This document shows, one piece after another, positions 1 to 11,000 of a stretch of 64,000 bases of DNA. Under the pieces are notes generated by a model. The model saw nothing but the letters and a program-made list of their open reading frames with translations. It did not search any database and was not told the origin of the DNA. The first letter of the stretch is position 1. Every line of letters starts with the position of its first letter. The position numbers were made by a program, and so were the translations under genes. The DNA comes from Trypanosoma brucei (Eukaryota): assembly GCA_000002445.1 (NCBI GenBank), contig CP000071.1, forward strand, positions 1,952,001 to 2,016,000. The letters are read 5' to 3'.

Positions 1-355
1 TTGGTGCAATGTCGGTGTTGGGTGAACGGAACAACGTCCTGAGGCGTTGACCGTGTCGGATCATATCGCTTACTGTTGAAGTGTGCCCTGCAGAGCTCAT
101 AGATCTGGAGCACCTTTCCGAATCCTCCCTGAGGTGGGACAACACCTCAGCTTGAGAATCAGGAACATATCGTGGTTTCGGTGAAGTCTCCGCAAGCTTA
201 GAGGCGCCGTGTTTACGGAGCCTCGCGATGAGATGCACTTTGGTTCCACTACCCAAGAGGCCTTTGGACAAACATCGATCGCGCAGCTCCCTCCAACTGA
301 GTTTTTCCTCCGGTAGTGGCTCACCACTTTGACAACCGGTGGTTGAAGAATGCAT
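1..355 (-). CDS. N-terminal part (>=118 aa) of a SAP-domain protein; start codon at 353-355, gene runs off the left edge
   Basis: By-hand translation of the minus strand in the frame of the ATG at 353-355 (plus-strand 'cat') is open through position 2 with no stop; an in-frame stop lies just upstream at 383-385. Residues ...EEKLSWRELRDRCLSKGLLGSGTKVHLIARLRKHGAS match the SAP motif (L..L.V.ELR..L..RGL...G.K..LI.RL). The ORF track misses it because it is open to the edge; the listed ORF 97..327 is in a different frame. Confidence 0.45.
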   Translation of the reverse strand, partial: MHSSTTGCQSGEPLPEEKLSWRELRDRCLSKGLLGSGTKVHLIARLRKHGASKLAETSPKPRYVPDSQAEVLSHLREDSERCSRSMSSAGHTSTVSDMIRHGQRLRTLFRSPNTDIAP

Positions 356-1554
356 TAAACTCGTACCCGCTTCCCCACGAGAGTTATGGAGCTGGTCAAA
401 GTGCCAGTCAGAATTGCCACTCCACACTGCCGGCTGGCCAGAGAGTAAAGGGGGACCACCTTCTGTGCGCTGCATTTTAAAACAGCGGAATGGCGAGAAG
501 GGGAAGCTAACGGACCTCCTCAGCGCAGCAACAGAAACCTCGCCGTCTCGTGCAAGCATTTCATCATTCGTAGAGTTGTCATCGCCCAAAACTTCTCGAC
601 CGTGGCGGGGGGCCAACATTGCGCAGAACGCTTCCGTCGCACGAACGGCCTCTGGACAACTGCCATGAAGCTGCGTCCCAGCGGCGCCACTGCTAATTGG
701 CAGTGGATATCGCCTCAACGCGGCGCAAAATTCTGGAAAGCGCTGAGGCCATCTACGCTCAATATACGAGGCAATTCTTTCGTTATGGCTGTTCGGCATT
801 AACACATCAAAGAGCAAGTTTGCATGCAAAAGACCTTCCCGTCCACCTTATACAAAAATGGATGTTCCCGCTTTTGACTGGCCTTTGAACGACGGTCAAC
901 GCTGGCGCCTTCCATTAGCCCGCAGAAGCGGGAAACGTTTGTGAGAATAAGAAGCAAAAAGGAATGGGATCAGTGCAATGTACAAGAGCAACAAAACGCA
1001 TGTTGGGCGGGTGAGTGAATGGACAACACAAACACGAAGAATCACCATTCACTTTTCACACACTCAGGCACACCAACGGAACAGACGTGATAGTAGATTG
1101 CTATTCGTTAGACAAAATAGGGACAGAAGAAAGGCAAAGGGGGACAAGATACGATCTCAGTGCTCTGGAAACTTGCTGATTCTCTTTTTTCTTTTCGGAC
1201 ATTTCTTTCTTTTTTTGTGCATATACCTCTCTCCACAACCAATCTTTACTGACCCATTCCCATTCGCTCCCACTTCCTTTTCTCACGTCTTCTACATTGT
1301 CCTTGGCTCCTTCACCTTCCCTCCCCTGGCTTCTGTCCCCCCCCCTACGCGTTAGGTGTGCTTAACAAGGGCTAAGTTAAAATAAAATAATGGTGATAAC
1401 AAGAAATACAAATAAACAAATAAATATATACGCTAAACGCACTTTGCCTATTTTATTACTTTTTTATTAAAAAAAAAAAAATAACTCCGTTAATTTACTT
1501 TTTGTATCCCTTTTCTTAGTTAAACACCTTAGGCTCCACCGAAAAAGAGTGAAC

Positions 1555-2067
1555 TCACACGCGTTCGCCCTTGAGACCATCCTTCCAGAAGTAGAAGGTG
1601 GGTGTCTCACCATCCCACTTGCAGAGGACAATCATGCCATTGTCGGGGTCCTCCTCATTACCCTCAGGAATGAAAAACTGATACTCATCAATTTCCTTTA
1701 TCACCTTCTTCACGAAGGCGGCGGCGTTAGTCTGGAAGGCCTTCTTTGCGCCCTCATCCTCAATTTTCTCCAATAGCTGCTTCATGTAACCACGAATGTG
1801 GGCCATGTAGGAGCCCTTGTCATAGTTCGTCTCAGTGTAGCGGTTATTGTGAACCACATCAATGACGCGCTGCTTCCCGTCGTCCACGTCACCCGCCGCA
1901 CCCTCGCCGGCATCCTCATCAGCATTAGCAGAAATACCGTAGTCCTCACCACCAATCTCAATGTAGCGGCCTTGTACGGCGTACACGATCTCGTCCAACA
2001 AATCCATTGGCTTGTCGTTGTCGCACACGACTTCGGCATTTGTTAAGATATCCCTGAAGATCTTCAT
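1555..2067 (-). CDS. TCTP: Translationally controlled tumour protein (TCTP), paralog A (170 aa)
   Basis: 170-aa ORF with the TCTP signature (MKIFRDILTNAEV..., IGGEDYGISANADED..., FYFWKDGL). It is the leftmost of two tandem copies and is probably TCTP1 (Tb927.8.6750) if the window runs in chromosome orientation; that assignment is from memory. Confidence 0.93.
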   Translation of the reverse strand: MKIFRDILTNAEVVCDNDKPMDLLDEIVYAVQGRYIEIGGEDYGISANADEDAGEGAAGDVDDGKQRVIDVVHNNRYTETNYDKGSYMAHIRGYMKQLLEKIEDEGAKKAFQTNAAAFVKKVIKEIDEYQFFIPEGNEEDPDNGMIVLCKWDGETPTFYFWKDGLKGERV

Positions 2068-2203
2068 TCTGGCGAAATTGCTTTATTGTCTATAAGCGTT
2101 GGTAAGCTCCTACATACAACGGGGCAAAACAAAAAGGGATAAGAAGATATCAAAGGAAATAAAGAAGCTAGCATAAAGAAACGTGTTAGAAGTGATTTCG
2201 TAG
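2068..2203 (-). promoter_or_regulatory. Shared 5'UTR and polypyrimidine tract with trans-splice acceptor region upstream of TCTP (the same sequence at 3678..3813 serves paralog B)
   Basis: The plus strand is purine-rich (acggggcaaaacaaaaagggataagaagatatcaaaggaaataaagaagctagcataaagaaacg), so it is pyrimidine-rich on the coding (minus) strand immediately upstream of the ATG. It is conserved between the two copies. Confidence 0.6.
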
Positions 2204-3158
2204 TTTTCCAATGGAAAGTTCTCCCTGAAGACACCCGTCCACATCTTTTTTCTTTCCTGCTTTGAATGCACCGTCTCCCATTATATTCTATCTTTATTTC
2301 CTTCATTTTTTAAAAAAACCACACGGTTACTTCTTTTCTGTGTCTTTCCCCCTTTATTTTTTCTCGCTCTATCTCCCTCCTTTTAAATATTCTTTTTTGT
2401 TTTATGGACTGTTTCTCTCCGGTGCACCTGGTGGGAGAACAGTGCGTCACTTTGAACTCCTCACGCGATCACCTCTTCCACAGCCGTATCCATTAACCTT
2501 CACACTACGAAAGTTAATTTCCTGTAACTCCATCTATTAAGTCAGTTTCCGCGATGTTCATATTAAGTTCCCCTTATTTGACAGCGTTTCTTTTTTTTTT
2601 ACTTTTCTTCTTCTGCTCTTAGTTTCAGCAGTAATTAAACATTTTACCTGCTGCCAGCGAATTCACGAATAAAGGAATCACCGAAGAAGGGTGCACAAAC
2701 CTCTCAACTCACACGTGGATGAGCCTCATCTTTTATTTGTTCCAGGTATCTTATTCACCGTCATTGCTCGCCTCCACGTGCACACGCACGCATTCCTTGA
2801 CAGATTCCTTTCTTCTTTTTCAAGCACTGGTATAGAGGCTGAGCCAAACAGACACAGACAGAGAGGAAAGAAACCCAGCATTCTCGCCTATATTAATCCA
2901 TCTTCAGCTTTTCCTCATTCTCCCTTACTTATTATCTTCATCCGCTTCTCTTCTCCCCCACTCTTACAAGCAGAGCGGACCGTGCGCGTTGCGGAAACAC
3001 AAGTGATCGGTAAAATAAAAAAAGTGAAAACAATCCCTCTGAAGTACAAGGAATCTTCAAAACAACAAGCAGGATGAATGGTGAAAACAAAGTGGGCGAG
3101 GACGAGAGAATTAAAGATGACAGTCGCCATAAAGCAACATTAGATTCACTTAGCAACA

Positions 3159-3813
3159 GCGAACTCACACGCGTTCGCCCTTGAGACCATCCTTCCAGAA
3201 GTAGAAGGTGGGTGTCTCACCATCCCACTTGCAGAGGACAATCATGCCATTGTCGGGGTCCTCCTCATTACCCTCAGGAATGAAAAACTGATACTCATCA
3301 ATTTCCTTTATCACCTTCTTCACGAAGGCGGCGGCGTTAGTCTGGAAGGCCTTCTTTGCGCCCTCATCCTCAATTTTCTCCAATAGCTGCTTCATGTAAC
3401 CACGAATGTGGGCCATGTAGGAGTTCTTGTCATAGTTCGTCTCAGTGTAGCGGTTATTGTGAACCACATCAATGACGCGCTGTTTTTCGTCAGCCACGTC
3501 ACCCGCCGCACCCTCAGCGGCATCCTCATCAGCATTAGCAGAAATACCGTAGTCCTCACCACCAATCTCAATGTAGCGGCCTTGTACGGCGTACACGATC
3601 TCGTCCAACACATCCATTGGCTTGTCGTTGTCGCACACGACTTCGGCATTTGTTAAGATATCCCTGAAGATCTTCATTCTGGCGAAATTGCTTTATTGTC
3701 TATAAGCGTTGGTAAGCTCCTACATACAACGGGGCAAAACAAAAAGGGATAAGAAGATATCAAATAAAATAAAGAAGCTAGCATAAAGAAACGTGTTAGA
3801 AGTGATTTCGTAG
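3159..3813. repeat. 655-bp tandem-duplication core, copy 2
   Basis: See copy 1. The 5' flank is identical except 2 substitutions (caaaggaaat vs caaataaaat). The flanking 3' regions are unrelated. Confidence 0.9.
3165..3677 (-). CDS. TCTP: Translationally controlled tumour protein (TCTP), paralog B (170 aa)
   Basis: Second 170-aa TCTP ORF, 1610 bp to the right of paralog A. It differs at 10 nt giving 5 residues (L23V, G54A, D62A, G64E, G85N). It is probably TCTP2. Confidence 0.93.
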   Translation of the reverse strand: MKIFRDILTNAEVVCDNDKPMDVLDEIVYAVQGRYIEIGGEDYGISANADEDAAEGAAGDVADEKQRVIDVVHNNRYTETNYDKNSYMAHIRGYMKQLLEKIEDEGAKKAFQTNAAAFVKKVIKEIDEYQFFIPEGNEEDPDNGMIVLCKWDGETPTFYFWKDGLKGERV

Positions 3814-4198
3814 CTAAATTAAAAGTGAGGCAGTCGAGTACGGTGGTGGGAAAGTCGCAAAAGAGATTGGGAATAAAATTCTTCAGTACTGTGCACAACC
3901 ACGGCTATGCTTCATCTTCCTCCCCGCCCCCCCACGCTTCTCTTAACACCACCATGGCGCCGACTGAATTACATGACTTATGTTGGAATAATAGGAAGGG
4001 GAGACAAAAGACCAAGCAGTACCGTATCAAACTAATAAGTGACCGATAGCCTTCTCTCACTTTCCACTTTTCCAGCCCTTCCTTCCCTCAGGCATTATTT
4101 GGTTCCGTTTCGTTAGTTTTAACTTCTCACCTTCCGTACTGTTCTTGAGAAGGGGAGCGCGGATTTTCCTAAACCCGAGCTTCACTGCTGTTAACACA

Positions 4199-5458
4199 TT
4201 AGCAAAACACTCGCTGCACATCGTCTGTAATAATGTAGACGAGTGGCTCCCCCTTGCTTCCACATGCACCTAATACATGCGGCGAGTTTGGATGGAATGA
4301 CAGTGACATCACGGCACCCGTACGGTATGAGCGCTTTACAATCTCCTTAGGCGGACACGTGGTGTCGCGTGCGTCCCACAAGCTAATCATATTGTCCTTC
4401 CCTCCTGCGGCAAGGAGACCCGGGACATGCGGAGAGGCGGAAAACGTCGTATCCGCCTCATGGACTTGCATCTGCCATAAGGCCTCCGCGTTCATACGCG
4501 CCTCAAACGCTGCCCAGTTGCCTGTGCTCGTTGATGCGTATAACACTCGGCCCCCGCTATGGGGGTCAAACTCCACGTGCTCAACCGTGCTACCGGTAGC
4601 AAAGCGAAGGGCTGCGCTACTGGGGCTGCGACAGTCGCGCAGCACCATCGTTGCATCGAAGCCACCAGAAAGCAAAAGATTGGCTTCGCTACGATGCCAA
4701 TCAAGACTCTGGACTTTCTCTGGTTCAGTATACGTCCCGATACAGCTGGAAGTGTTGAGGTCCCACATCTTAATAGTCGTGTCAGCACTACCTGAAGCGA
4801 GTATATGCTGCGCGCACGTGTTCCACCTCACACAAATAACTGAATCCTTATGTGATCCCTCCTGCAGCAGGCTGCTCTTCACCCTCTTCCTGTAGTTGTC
4901 TTCCCACTTGACGCACCCACCCAACAGACACGCCGGCTCCACAGCATCCATCACATCAAGGTTCCACAATTCAACAAATGGACGCATCGTTCCCACGGCA
5001 CAAATTGACATTGTTCCGTCCGTCAACCACGCGGTGCTAAGAGGGAAAGCGGCGACCTCCATGTCGTGGTGTACGTAAATGTTGTTTTCGGGCTCGTCAT
5101 AGACATACAACTCTAAGCGCGGTTGCGCGGCGTCAGCGAGTGCGGTAGCAAAGACGAGGTCCGTCTCTTTGAAGTTCGTGTCGTTAATCTCATCTTCGTC
5201 ATCGGACTCCACCTGCTCCAAAATAGTGTCGGCCCCGCCACCGAAGCACATCCCACCCGTGTCGCCAGCGTCATCGCTACTCGCATCGCCACTGTCTGCT
5301 AAGTTCGTGCCTTCATGAGGAATCGTCTCGTCTTCTTCAACGCCGAGTTCCGGGTTTCGCCTCCGCAACTTTGCTCGAACCGTATCAATATCATCACCCG
5401 TACGGATTGGGATGGGCTTCATGCCACCCTTTGGTACCCACGAAAGGGACGTAAGCAT
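4199..5458 (-). CDS. PWP1: Periodic tryptophan protein 1 (PWP1) homolog, WD40 repeat protein (419 aa)
   Basis: Block-by-block similarity to yeast/human PWP1: N-terminal SLSWVPKG (cf. ATNWVPRG), acidic tract, LELYVYDE, IYVHHDM..AAFPL, VGTM.PFVELWNLDVMD, SGSADTTIKMWDL, and WD repeats (GGFDATMVLRD, GGKDNMISLWD). Confidence 0.82.
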   Translation of the reverse strand: MLTSLSWVPKGGMKPIPIRTGDDIDTVRAKLRRRNPELGVEEDETIPHEGTNLADSGDASSDDAGDTGGMCFGGGADTILEQVESDDEDEINDTNFKETDLVFATALADAAQPRLELYVYDEPENNIYVHHDMEVAAFPLSTAWLTDGTMSICAVGTMRPFVELWNLDVMDAVEPACLLGGCVKWEDNYRKRVKSSLLQEGSHKDSVICVRWNTCAQHILASGSADTTIKMWDLNTSSCIGTYTEPEKVQSLDWHRSEANLLLSGGFDATMVLRDCRSPSSAALRFATGSTVEHVEFDPHSGGRVLYASTSTGNWAAFEARMNAEALWQMQVHEADTTFSASPHVPGLLAAGGKDNMISLWDARDTTCPPKEIVKRSYRTGAVMSLSFHPNSPHVLGACGSKGEPLVYIITDDVQRVFC

Positions 5459-5894
5459 CCCCTTTAACTTGGTTACGTCACACCCTTCTCCTCCCTGCTG
5501 CGATTACCTGTCTGGGTGACAGCCTCAGCTATTCCTTTATTTAGTTTTCCCTTTCCGCTGACAAACCCCGCCACCACAACGTGCTTCAAGCACACACACC
5601 ACAAAAGCAAAAAAAAAAAAGGGAAATCACAAATTAGTAGGGCAAAGAATGAGTTTCACTTCATAGCCATAGACAACACAAGAAGCTCCGTATACACATA
5701 AGATAAGAAGAGAACAGCGGCTCGTAGAAAAGTTGAAGAGGGGAAGTAGGACTTGTGCGCCGTGTGTGGCGTGTAACAAAACCAAAAAGTTTGCCCAGCG
5801 TCGTCAGCGAATCCTTTCTCATCTCACCAAGTCAATGAGCACAGGGTAACCTTCAAAGGGCAGCTCCCCGCCGCCATGGAGCTACGAAACAGAA

Positions 5895-7079
5895 CTAAAG
5901 ATTAGATGACAACAGCGGCAACCTCTCCGCCACACGCCGCCCCAGAGCAATGAGCCTTCCACAACATTCCCGACACATCCTGCACATCTGCGATGACTTT
6001 GACCCCACAACAAAACGAGCGGCGCCACCATCACTATCATCCTCACCCCATTCCCCAAGGTTGCTACACTCAGAAGCATCAACACCAGTAACGTAGCTAT
6101 GGGGTGACGGTTCTCCCTTTCCATTAGTTTTCCCCACCATCCCGCTTTTGCCGCCCGAGCCTGTGCTGGTACTACTGACCTTCCCTTCGCTGTGTAGTTG
6201 AGCCGTGCAGTCAGTGAGAGAGGCGGGAGGATGGCGTATTATGAAGTCACGAAGCCTTTTTGCCATGCGCATTTGTGCAGCCAATACAAGACGCCGCACC
6301 AGCCGCGGTAGATGCCCCATTGGGTGCACAAGCGAGACACAGCTCATTTGGCACCCCTCACAACCTCCTGTTACTTTCGTGGGCTTTGCCAGCATGGCGA
6401 AAAATATCAAACGTGCCCGTATGTACTTCGCGCGCCGTTCGTTGCAAAGATCCACGCGATCGGGTGGTGTTGACAGACCCTTCAACCACACTGTGCCATC
6501 AGGCTGCACCTCCTCCGCCACAGCCATCTCCAAGTCACGACTACGGACAAATGGTACGGGAGAGCGAATAACCATATAGTACAGCCCCACACGTCGCTGG
6601 CCGGGCTGCAGTTGCAGCAAGTTTGCGTCCGCGACGTCCGTTAGCGTGCTAACAGGGGCAGTTGCTGGCCGAGGCAAGGTCCGCACGAAGCGAAGTTTCG
6701 ACGCGCAGTCGTCCCACTGGCATCGTTTGGATGCATGCATATACAAGGGAAGAGCGGATGGTGGGCATGGAAGATGCGTCCTCACGAATATCATATCCAT
6801 CGGAGACTCCTCCGTTGGTCTGCTATAGAGGGAAGTGTTAGAATCACTGTCATGAGCAATGGGACGGAACCCGGAACTCACGGGATCCTGCATGAGGAGT
6901 TGTGCGACGTCTGTGAAATCAACGGCAGCACAATAAACGTCAACATCCTTGCTTCGGGAGGCATTGTTCTGTGATGCTCGGCCGGCGATCGTCGCGGGGT
7001 CAGCGCCAACAGTGGGCTGAGGATGGGTGTGGACGACAGGTGCTAACTGTGCCACAGGCATGGCACGCCCTCTCAACAT
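5895..7079 (-). CDS. Hypothetical protein (394 aa); start codon uncertain (alternative Met 6 codons downstream)
   Basis: Long ORF in the same orientation as the array, with coding-like composition. No family recognised. Confidence 0.5.
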   Translation of the reverse strand: MLRGRAMPVAQLAPVVHTHPQPTVGADPATIAGRASQNNASRSKDVDVYCAAVDFTDVAQLLMQDPVSSGFRPIAHDSDSNTSLYSRPTEESPMDMIFVRTHLPCPPSALPLYMHASKRCQWDDCASKLRFVRTLPRPATAPVSTLTDVADANLLQLQPGQRRVGLYYMVIRSPVPFVRSRDLEMAVAEEVQPDGTVWLKGLSTPPDRVDLCNERRAKYIRARLIFFAMLAKPTKVTGGCEGCQMSCVSLVHPMGHLPRLVRRLVLAAQMRMAKRLRDFIIRHPPASLTDCTAQLHSEGKVSSTSTGSGGKSGMVGKTNGKGEPSPHSYVTGVDASECSNLGEWGEDDSDGGAARFVVGSKSSQMCRMCRECCGRLIALGRRVAERLPLLSSNL

Positions 7080-8006
7080 CTGTAGTTTTTGGCCCTAGCG
7101 GGGCACCGAAGGGAATACCCACAAGTTCCACGTTGTGTTTCTCCGTGCGTAGGAGGGCGGGGGGCTGGCGACAGATTTCCGGAGGAGGGAAAGCAAAACT
7201 CGGCTCCCGGTGGAGCACCCTCTGCTAATGTATATCTGAGTCTAATTAGATATTGCATATAAACCCCCAGCCGCGCACGAGAGCACGCGTTGACTCATTG
7301 TGGTGAGAATGATTAGAATAAGAGGAAATGAAGGGAAACAACAAAAACAAAAAGGGAGCATAAAGCGTCAAGTACAGGCACGTTGACAGACTAAACTTCA
7401 AATACTGTCCTCAGACACAACTCGGGAGCTGCCATATATTAACATCATCTTGTCGATGCACAAAAACTGCTAAACCACTCAGGGAGTGAAAAAGTGTGGC
7501 CACGCCATGCATTGCATAATGTGGTGTGCCTCTACATAACTCCACATCACCCACTTGTGTTTGGTTCCCAAAAGATACCTGTCCATCGCCCGACTTTCGC
7601 AGGGGAAAGAAGTGGCGTTGGGAGTCAACGCAGCATGGGGTAACGGATATACAGGATGGAACCCTGTACAACAAAAGGAAAAGATGAAAAGCAACTCTAA
7701 AGCAACTTACAAATTGCGCATGCATCCAGACCAGCACGCTACCTGCACCCTTGCCATACCACCTCACACACGATCGTGGCCCTAGAAAGATGAACCACAC
7801 GCATATTTGACAGGGCATTTAACTCTTCCGATGTGACCCCCATCGACAACCGCCCATCCAATAGCTTTCTTCTTGTTGTGCCACTCCTTCTCATTTACTG
7901 ATACACAATCCTTTCCACCGCTTCTCACGGCGTAGCCGTGGTGACGGGGCTGTAACCTCCACACTTGCACACTCGGTGGTACCTCCCCGGGGCGCGTGCA
8001 AAATTG

Positions 8007-11000
8007 TTAAACAGTCCTCCCCACTGTGGATGCCGTAACAGAAGGTTGCAGCTGTGTTTGTTTTCTCATGCCATCCACCATCCAGTCGCTTGTGGGCATC
8101 AGATCAGGAGATATCATGCTTGGTTTAGGTATGACAACTGGAGGTAGCACAGAGCGCGCGAAGCACGACGAGTAGTCAAACTTTCTCCTCTTCTTCATTT
8201 CCTCTTGCCGCCGCTTGTATTCGTCCATCCGCTCCGACAAGCGGCGCCTTGTTTCAAGGGCCAGTCGCAGGGTACTCGAGGTCGATGGCCCCAAAGCCTG
8301 TTGATCAAGTTCCATTGAGAGGTCTCCATCTCCAGGAAGTAATCCCTGTAGTTTCCGCCGGAACGCACCCCTGGCATACCCATATGGCCGCACTTTATCC
8401 AACCGCGAAGTTAAGGAAACCAACACAGCTTTTGCCCGGCTGGCGTCATGCACTTCACTGGAAAAATGGGACCTTGCGCTGCCCTTCCCTGACAAACTTC
8501 CACGCAACTCTAAGGCACTAGAGCACCCCAAAGAGTGGTTTCCCGCGTTGGTAGGCGATTCGTCACCCGCACTGCTCGTTGTACTGGAGGCTGCACGAGA
8601 TCGCGGATGAGAGTGGGACCGGCGAGTCTGCCCTTGGGGAAGCGCAGTCTGTTCACTACCCAGTGGGGCACCAGAGCAGCTGGCCCCCTCAGAGATCACT
8701 GGTACAGTCTGCGGACAAGTAGGTTGTCCTGCCAACTGTTCCATACTGTCCTGTATTGAGGAGGAAGGAGTAGTGGGGCAGGCCACATCCCCTTGAACGG
8801 CAGTAGCCTCTGTCAAGAAGAAGGAAGGGACAGATGGCGTTCCTGGCGGCATGATTGTGGTGGCCACCACACTCACACGCTTTCCCCGCGACAAGGGGAC
8901 GGAAGCGCCGTCCTCCGCAGCGGCAGCGCCCACGTTCATTATGCTCTGGAAACTGTTTTCTGGCTTCATAATGCTCTCTACCAACACCTCCTCCATGGTG
9001 TTGCAGTTTTGTTTCCCCTCAACGAACGACGGTTCACCCGCGTATGTAGTTACGTCTTCGAGGTCCCACCTGTCCCGACCAAATACCCCCACAAGCAAAA
9101 CTTTGTTAAAAGACCACCCAGCTGGCTGCAAGCCGCTGTTGGAGAGGGAAGGTTTCCTCAGGGCATCCTCAATACGAAAGAGGCGCACCTGACGGTCAAG
9201 GGAGCCGACGATAATAAAACGGTGCCCCTGAAAGGAAAACACCTCGAGGGTTGTGACCTCATCGGAAGCGCCCGAGAAAGCAAAACGACGCACAACGAAC
9301 TGCTGCAGCTCTGCCACCGGCGTTGTGACTGCATGCAGGTCGAAACCACATACCCGGCCTCTTGAATCACCGTATATCATTAAGCCATCGTCGGAAATGA
9401 AAAGCGCTTTGCGAATAAGGCAATCGAATCGGCGAATCAAACGCAGATGGCTTATTACCGTCTGAGTAACAAATGAGTAGATGCAGAGCACACCGGTGTC
9501 AAGGACGGCCACAATCAGATTCTGCCCCTGCTCGTTTACATAGGCAAGTTGCAGTACGGCACTTCTTCTTGCTTCACTTTGCTCCCCAAGCCGACACTCA
9601 GCTATCGGATGTCCGCCTCCAATACTGTATACATACAGTGTTCCATCCCCAGTACCTATGCAGAGATACGTATCACGTGCCACACAGCACGCCGTTATAG
9701 AAGTAAGACCAGGAACCCGAAATACCACTGATTTGGATTCCTCCACCCCACTCGGAAGAACCTTTCGACTATACGTAGTTACGCGGCACGTACGTGCCGC
9801 CCAAGCTATCAGCTTACTTTGGTGTGAAAATGTAAATACATCGGAGTCAAGTTGGTCGGAAGCATCTTGTACCAGCATCTCTGATTCAAGCGGCGCGTAC
9901 GTCTCTGGATCCCATGTTATCAGAGAGCAGTCTTGGCCCCCGGTAACAAGCCTCACCTGCGAGCTTGTCGACCAAGAACAGGACGCAACAGTGGCATGGC
10001 TCCTTGAGATATCGCCCATGCGTACGGCATGGGAGACAACCACATGACGCTTCATCTCCCCCGTGGTGAGCTTCCAAGCGCGCCAAGTTCCTTCATCAAA
10101 CGTATGTACCATCAAGGATGCTTTATGTATGACGGCAGCCACAACACCACCGCTGTGTGAGCACGGCTGGCGGCTATCCCTCACGGCAGCACCCCGGTGC
10201 TCAGCGACTTCCCCATCGTCTTCCTCAACCATATTTCCGAACTCTGCACCCGTGGACTGCGCGGTGGCCCCCTCACAACGCTGGCGGCGAGTGCGACTTG
10301 CAGAGGAACTTGAATCCTTACTCTTTGAAGCGGCATATAGGACGGGACCACGTAAAGCACAAATAAGAGTAGAGTGGAACGGATGCCACGCAACAACGCC
10401 ATCGGAATCCCGCTCACTGCGTTCCATCATTTGCCTTGAAAAATCAGAGGCAGTGAAATTGGATTGGGGCTCCGGTTGCTGTATAGTCGCGATAGACTTA
10501 CTGGCGTGTACCTCGTACACTTTGATGGTCTTATCCGCCAACAATACCGCCAGGCGGCCCCTATGTGGGTGCATAGAGGCACTAAGAATTTCCTGCGATT
10601 CAGGGGGGAAACTACGAAACGGATCACCGTGGCGGCCAATCACCCACACCGAGACCCGCCGGTTGACATGTACAGTGATGAAGTACTTTGAAGGCGGTAT
10701 CCACTCCATAGACCTAATGGCTCGCATCTGGTGACCAATTCTACGGGGCTCTCCCGCAGGTTCAAAAGATGGTCCAACAGGAAGGCGGTAGACGAAGCCA
10801 TCAGCGCCAGCGGTGAAGATAGAGGTCGCATAAGATGAATAGAACAGTCCTGACACCATCTCCTTGTGCATAGTAACAAGAAACTCCAGTCGCACAGGTT
10901 TGGTGTTCGCTCCCGAGAGCAGTGCACTTGCACGAACATCAGCACTCACATCAAAGGCACCCACCTTTCCTTCCGCCGTCCCGAAGCAAAACATGCCTAA

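Larger units (their letters stand above)
1549..2203. repeat. 655-bp tandem-duplication core, copy 1 (TCTP CDS plus 136 nt of 5' flank)
   Basis: Aligns base-for-base with 3159..3813 (offset 1610) with 12 mismatches. Identity starts about 6 nt beyond the stop codon and ends abruptly at 2203/3813. Confidence 0.9.

Noticed and set aside
97-327. 76-aa minus-strand ORF listed by the track at the left edge
   Set aside because: It is in a different frame from the longer, SAP-motif-containing open frame (to 355) that runs off the edge, and is probably a chance overlap.
1782-2046. Antisense ORFs (82-85 aa) inside both TCTP coding regions (1782..2039, 1798..2046, 3392..3649, 3408..3656)
   Set aside because: They are mirror images of a highly expressed, codon-biased CDS and duplicate exactly with the TCTP repeat. 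This is typical of chance open frames opposite GC3-rich coding sequence.
7411-7970. 135-aa and smaller ORFs in the 0.9-kb intergenic region between the 394-aa gene and the 1450-aa gene
   Set aside because: They are Cys/Phe/Leu-rich translations of pyrimidine-rich intergenic sequence; none is conserved-looking, and there is no room for separate processing signals.
8793-10734. Plus-strand ORFs of 113-223 aa (8793..9365, 8851..9192, 10063..10734) lying antisense within the 1450-aa WD-repeat gene
   Set aside because: They are fully contained in a long, well-supported opposite-strand CDS, with no motif content.
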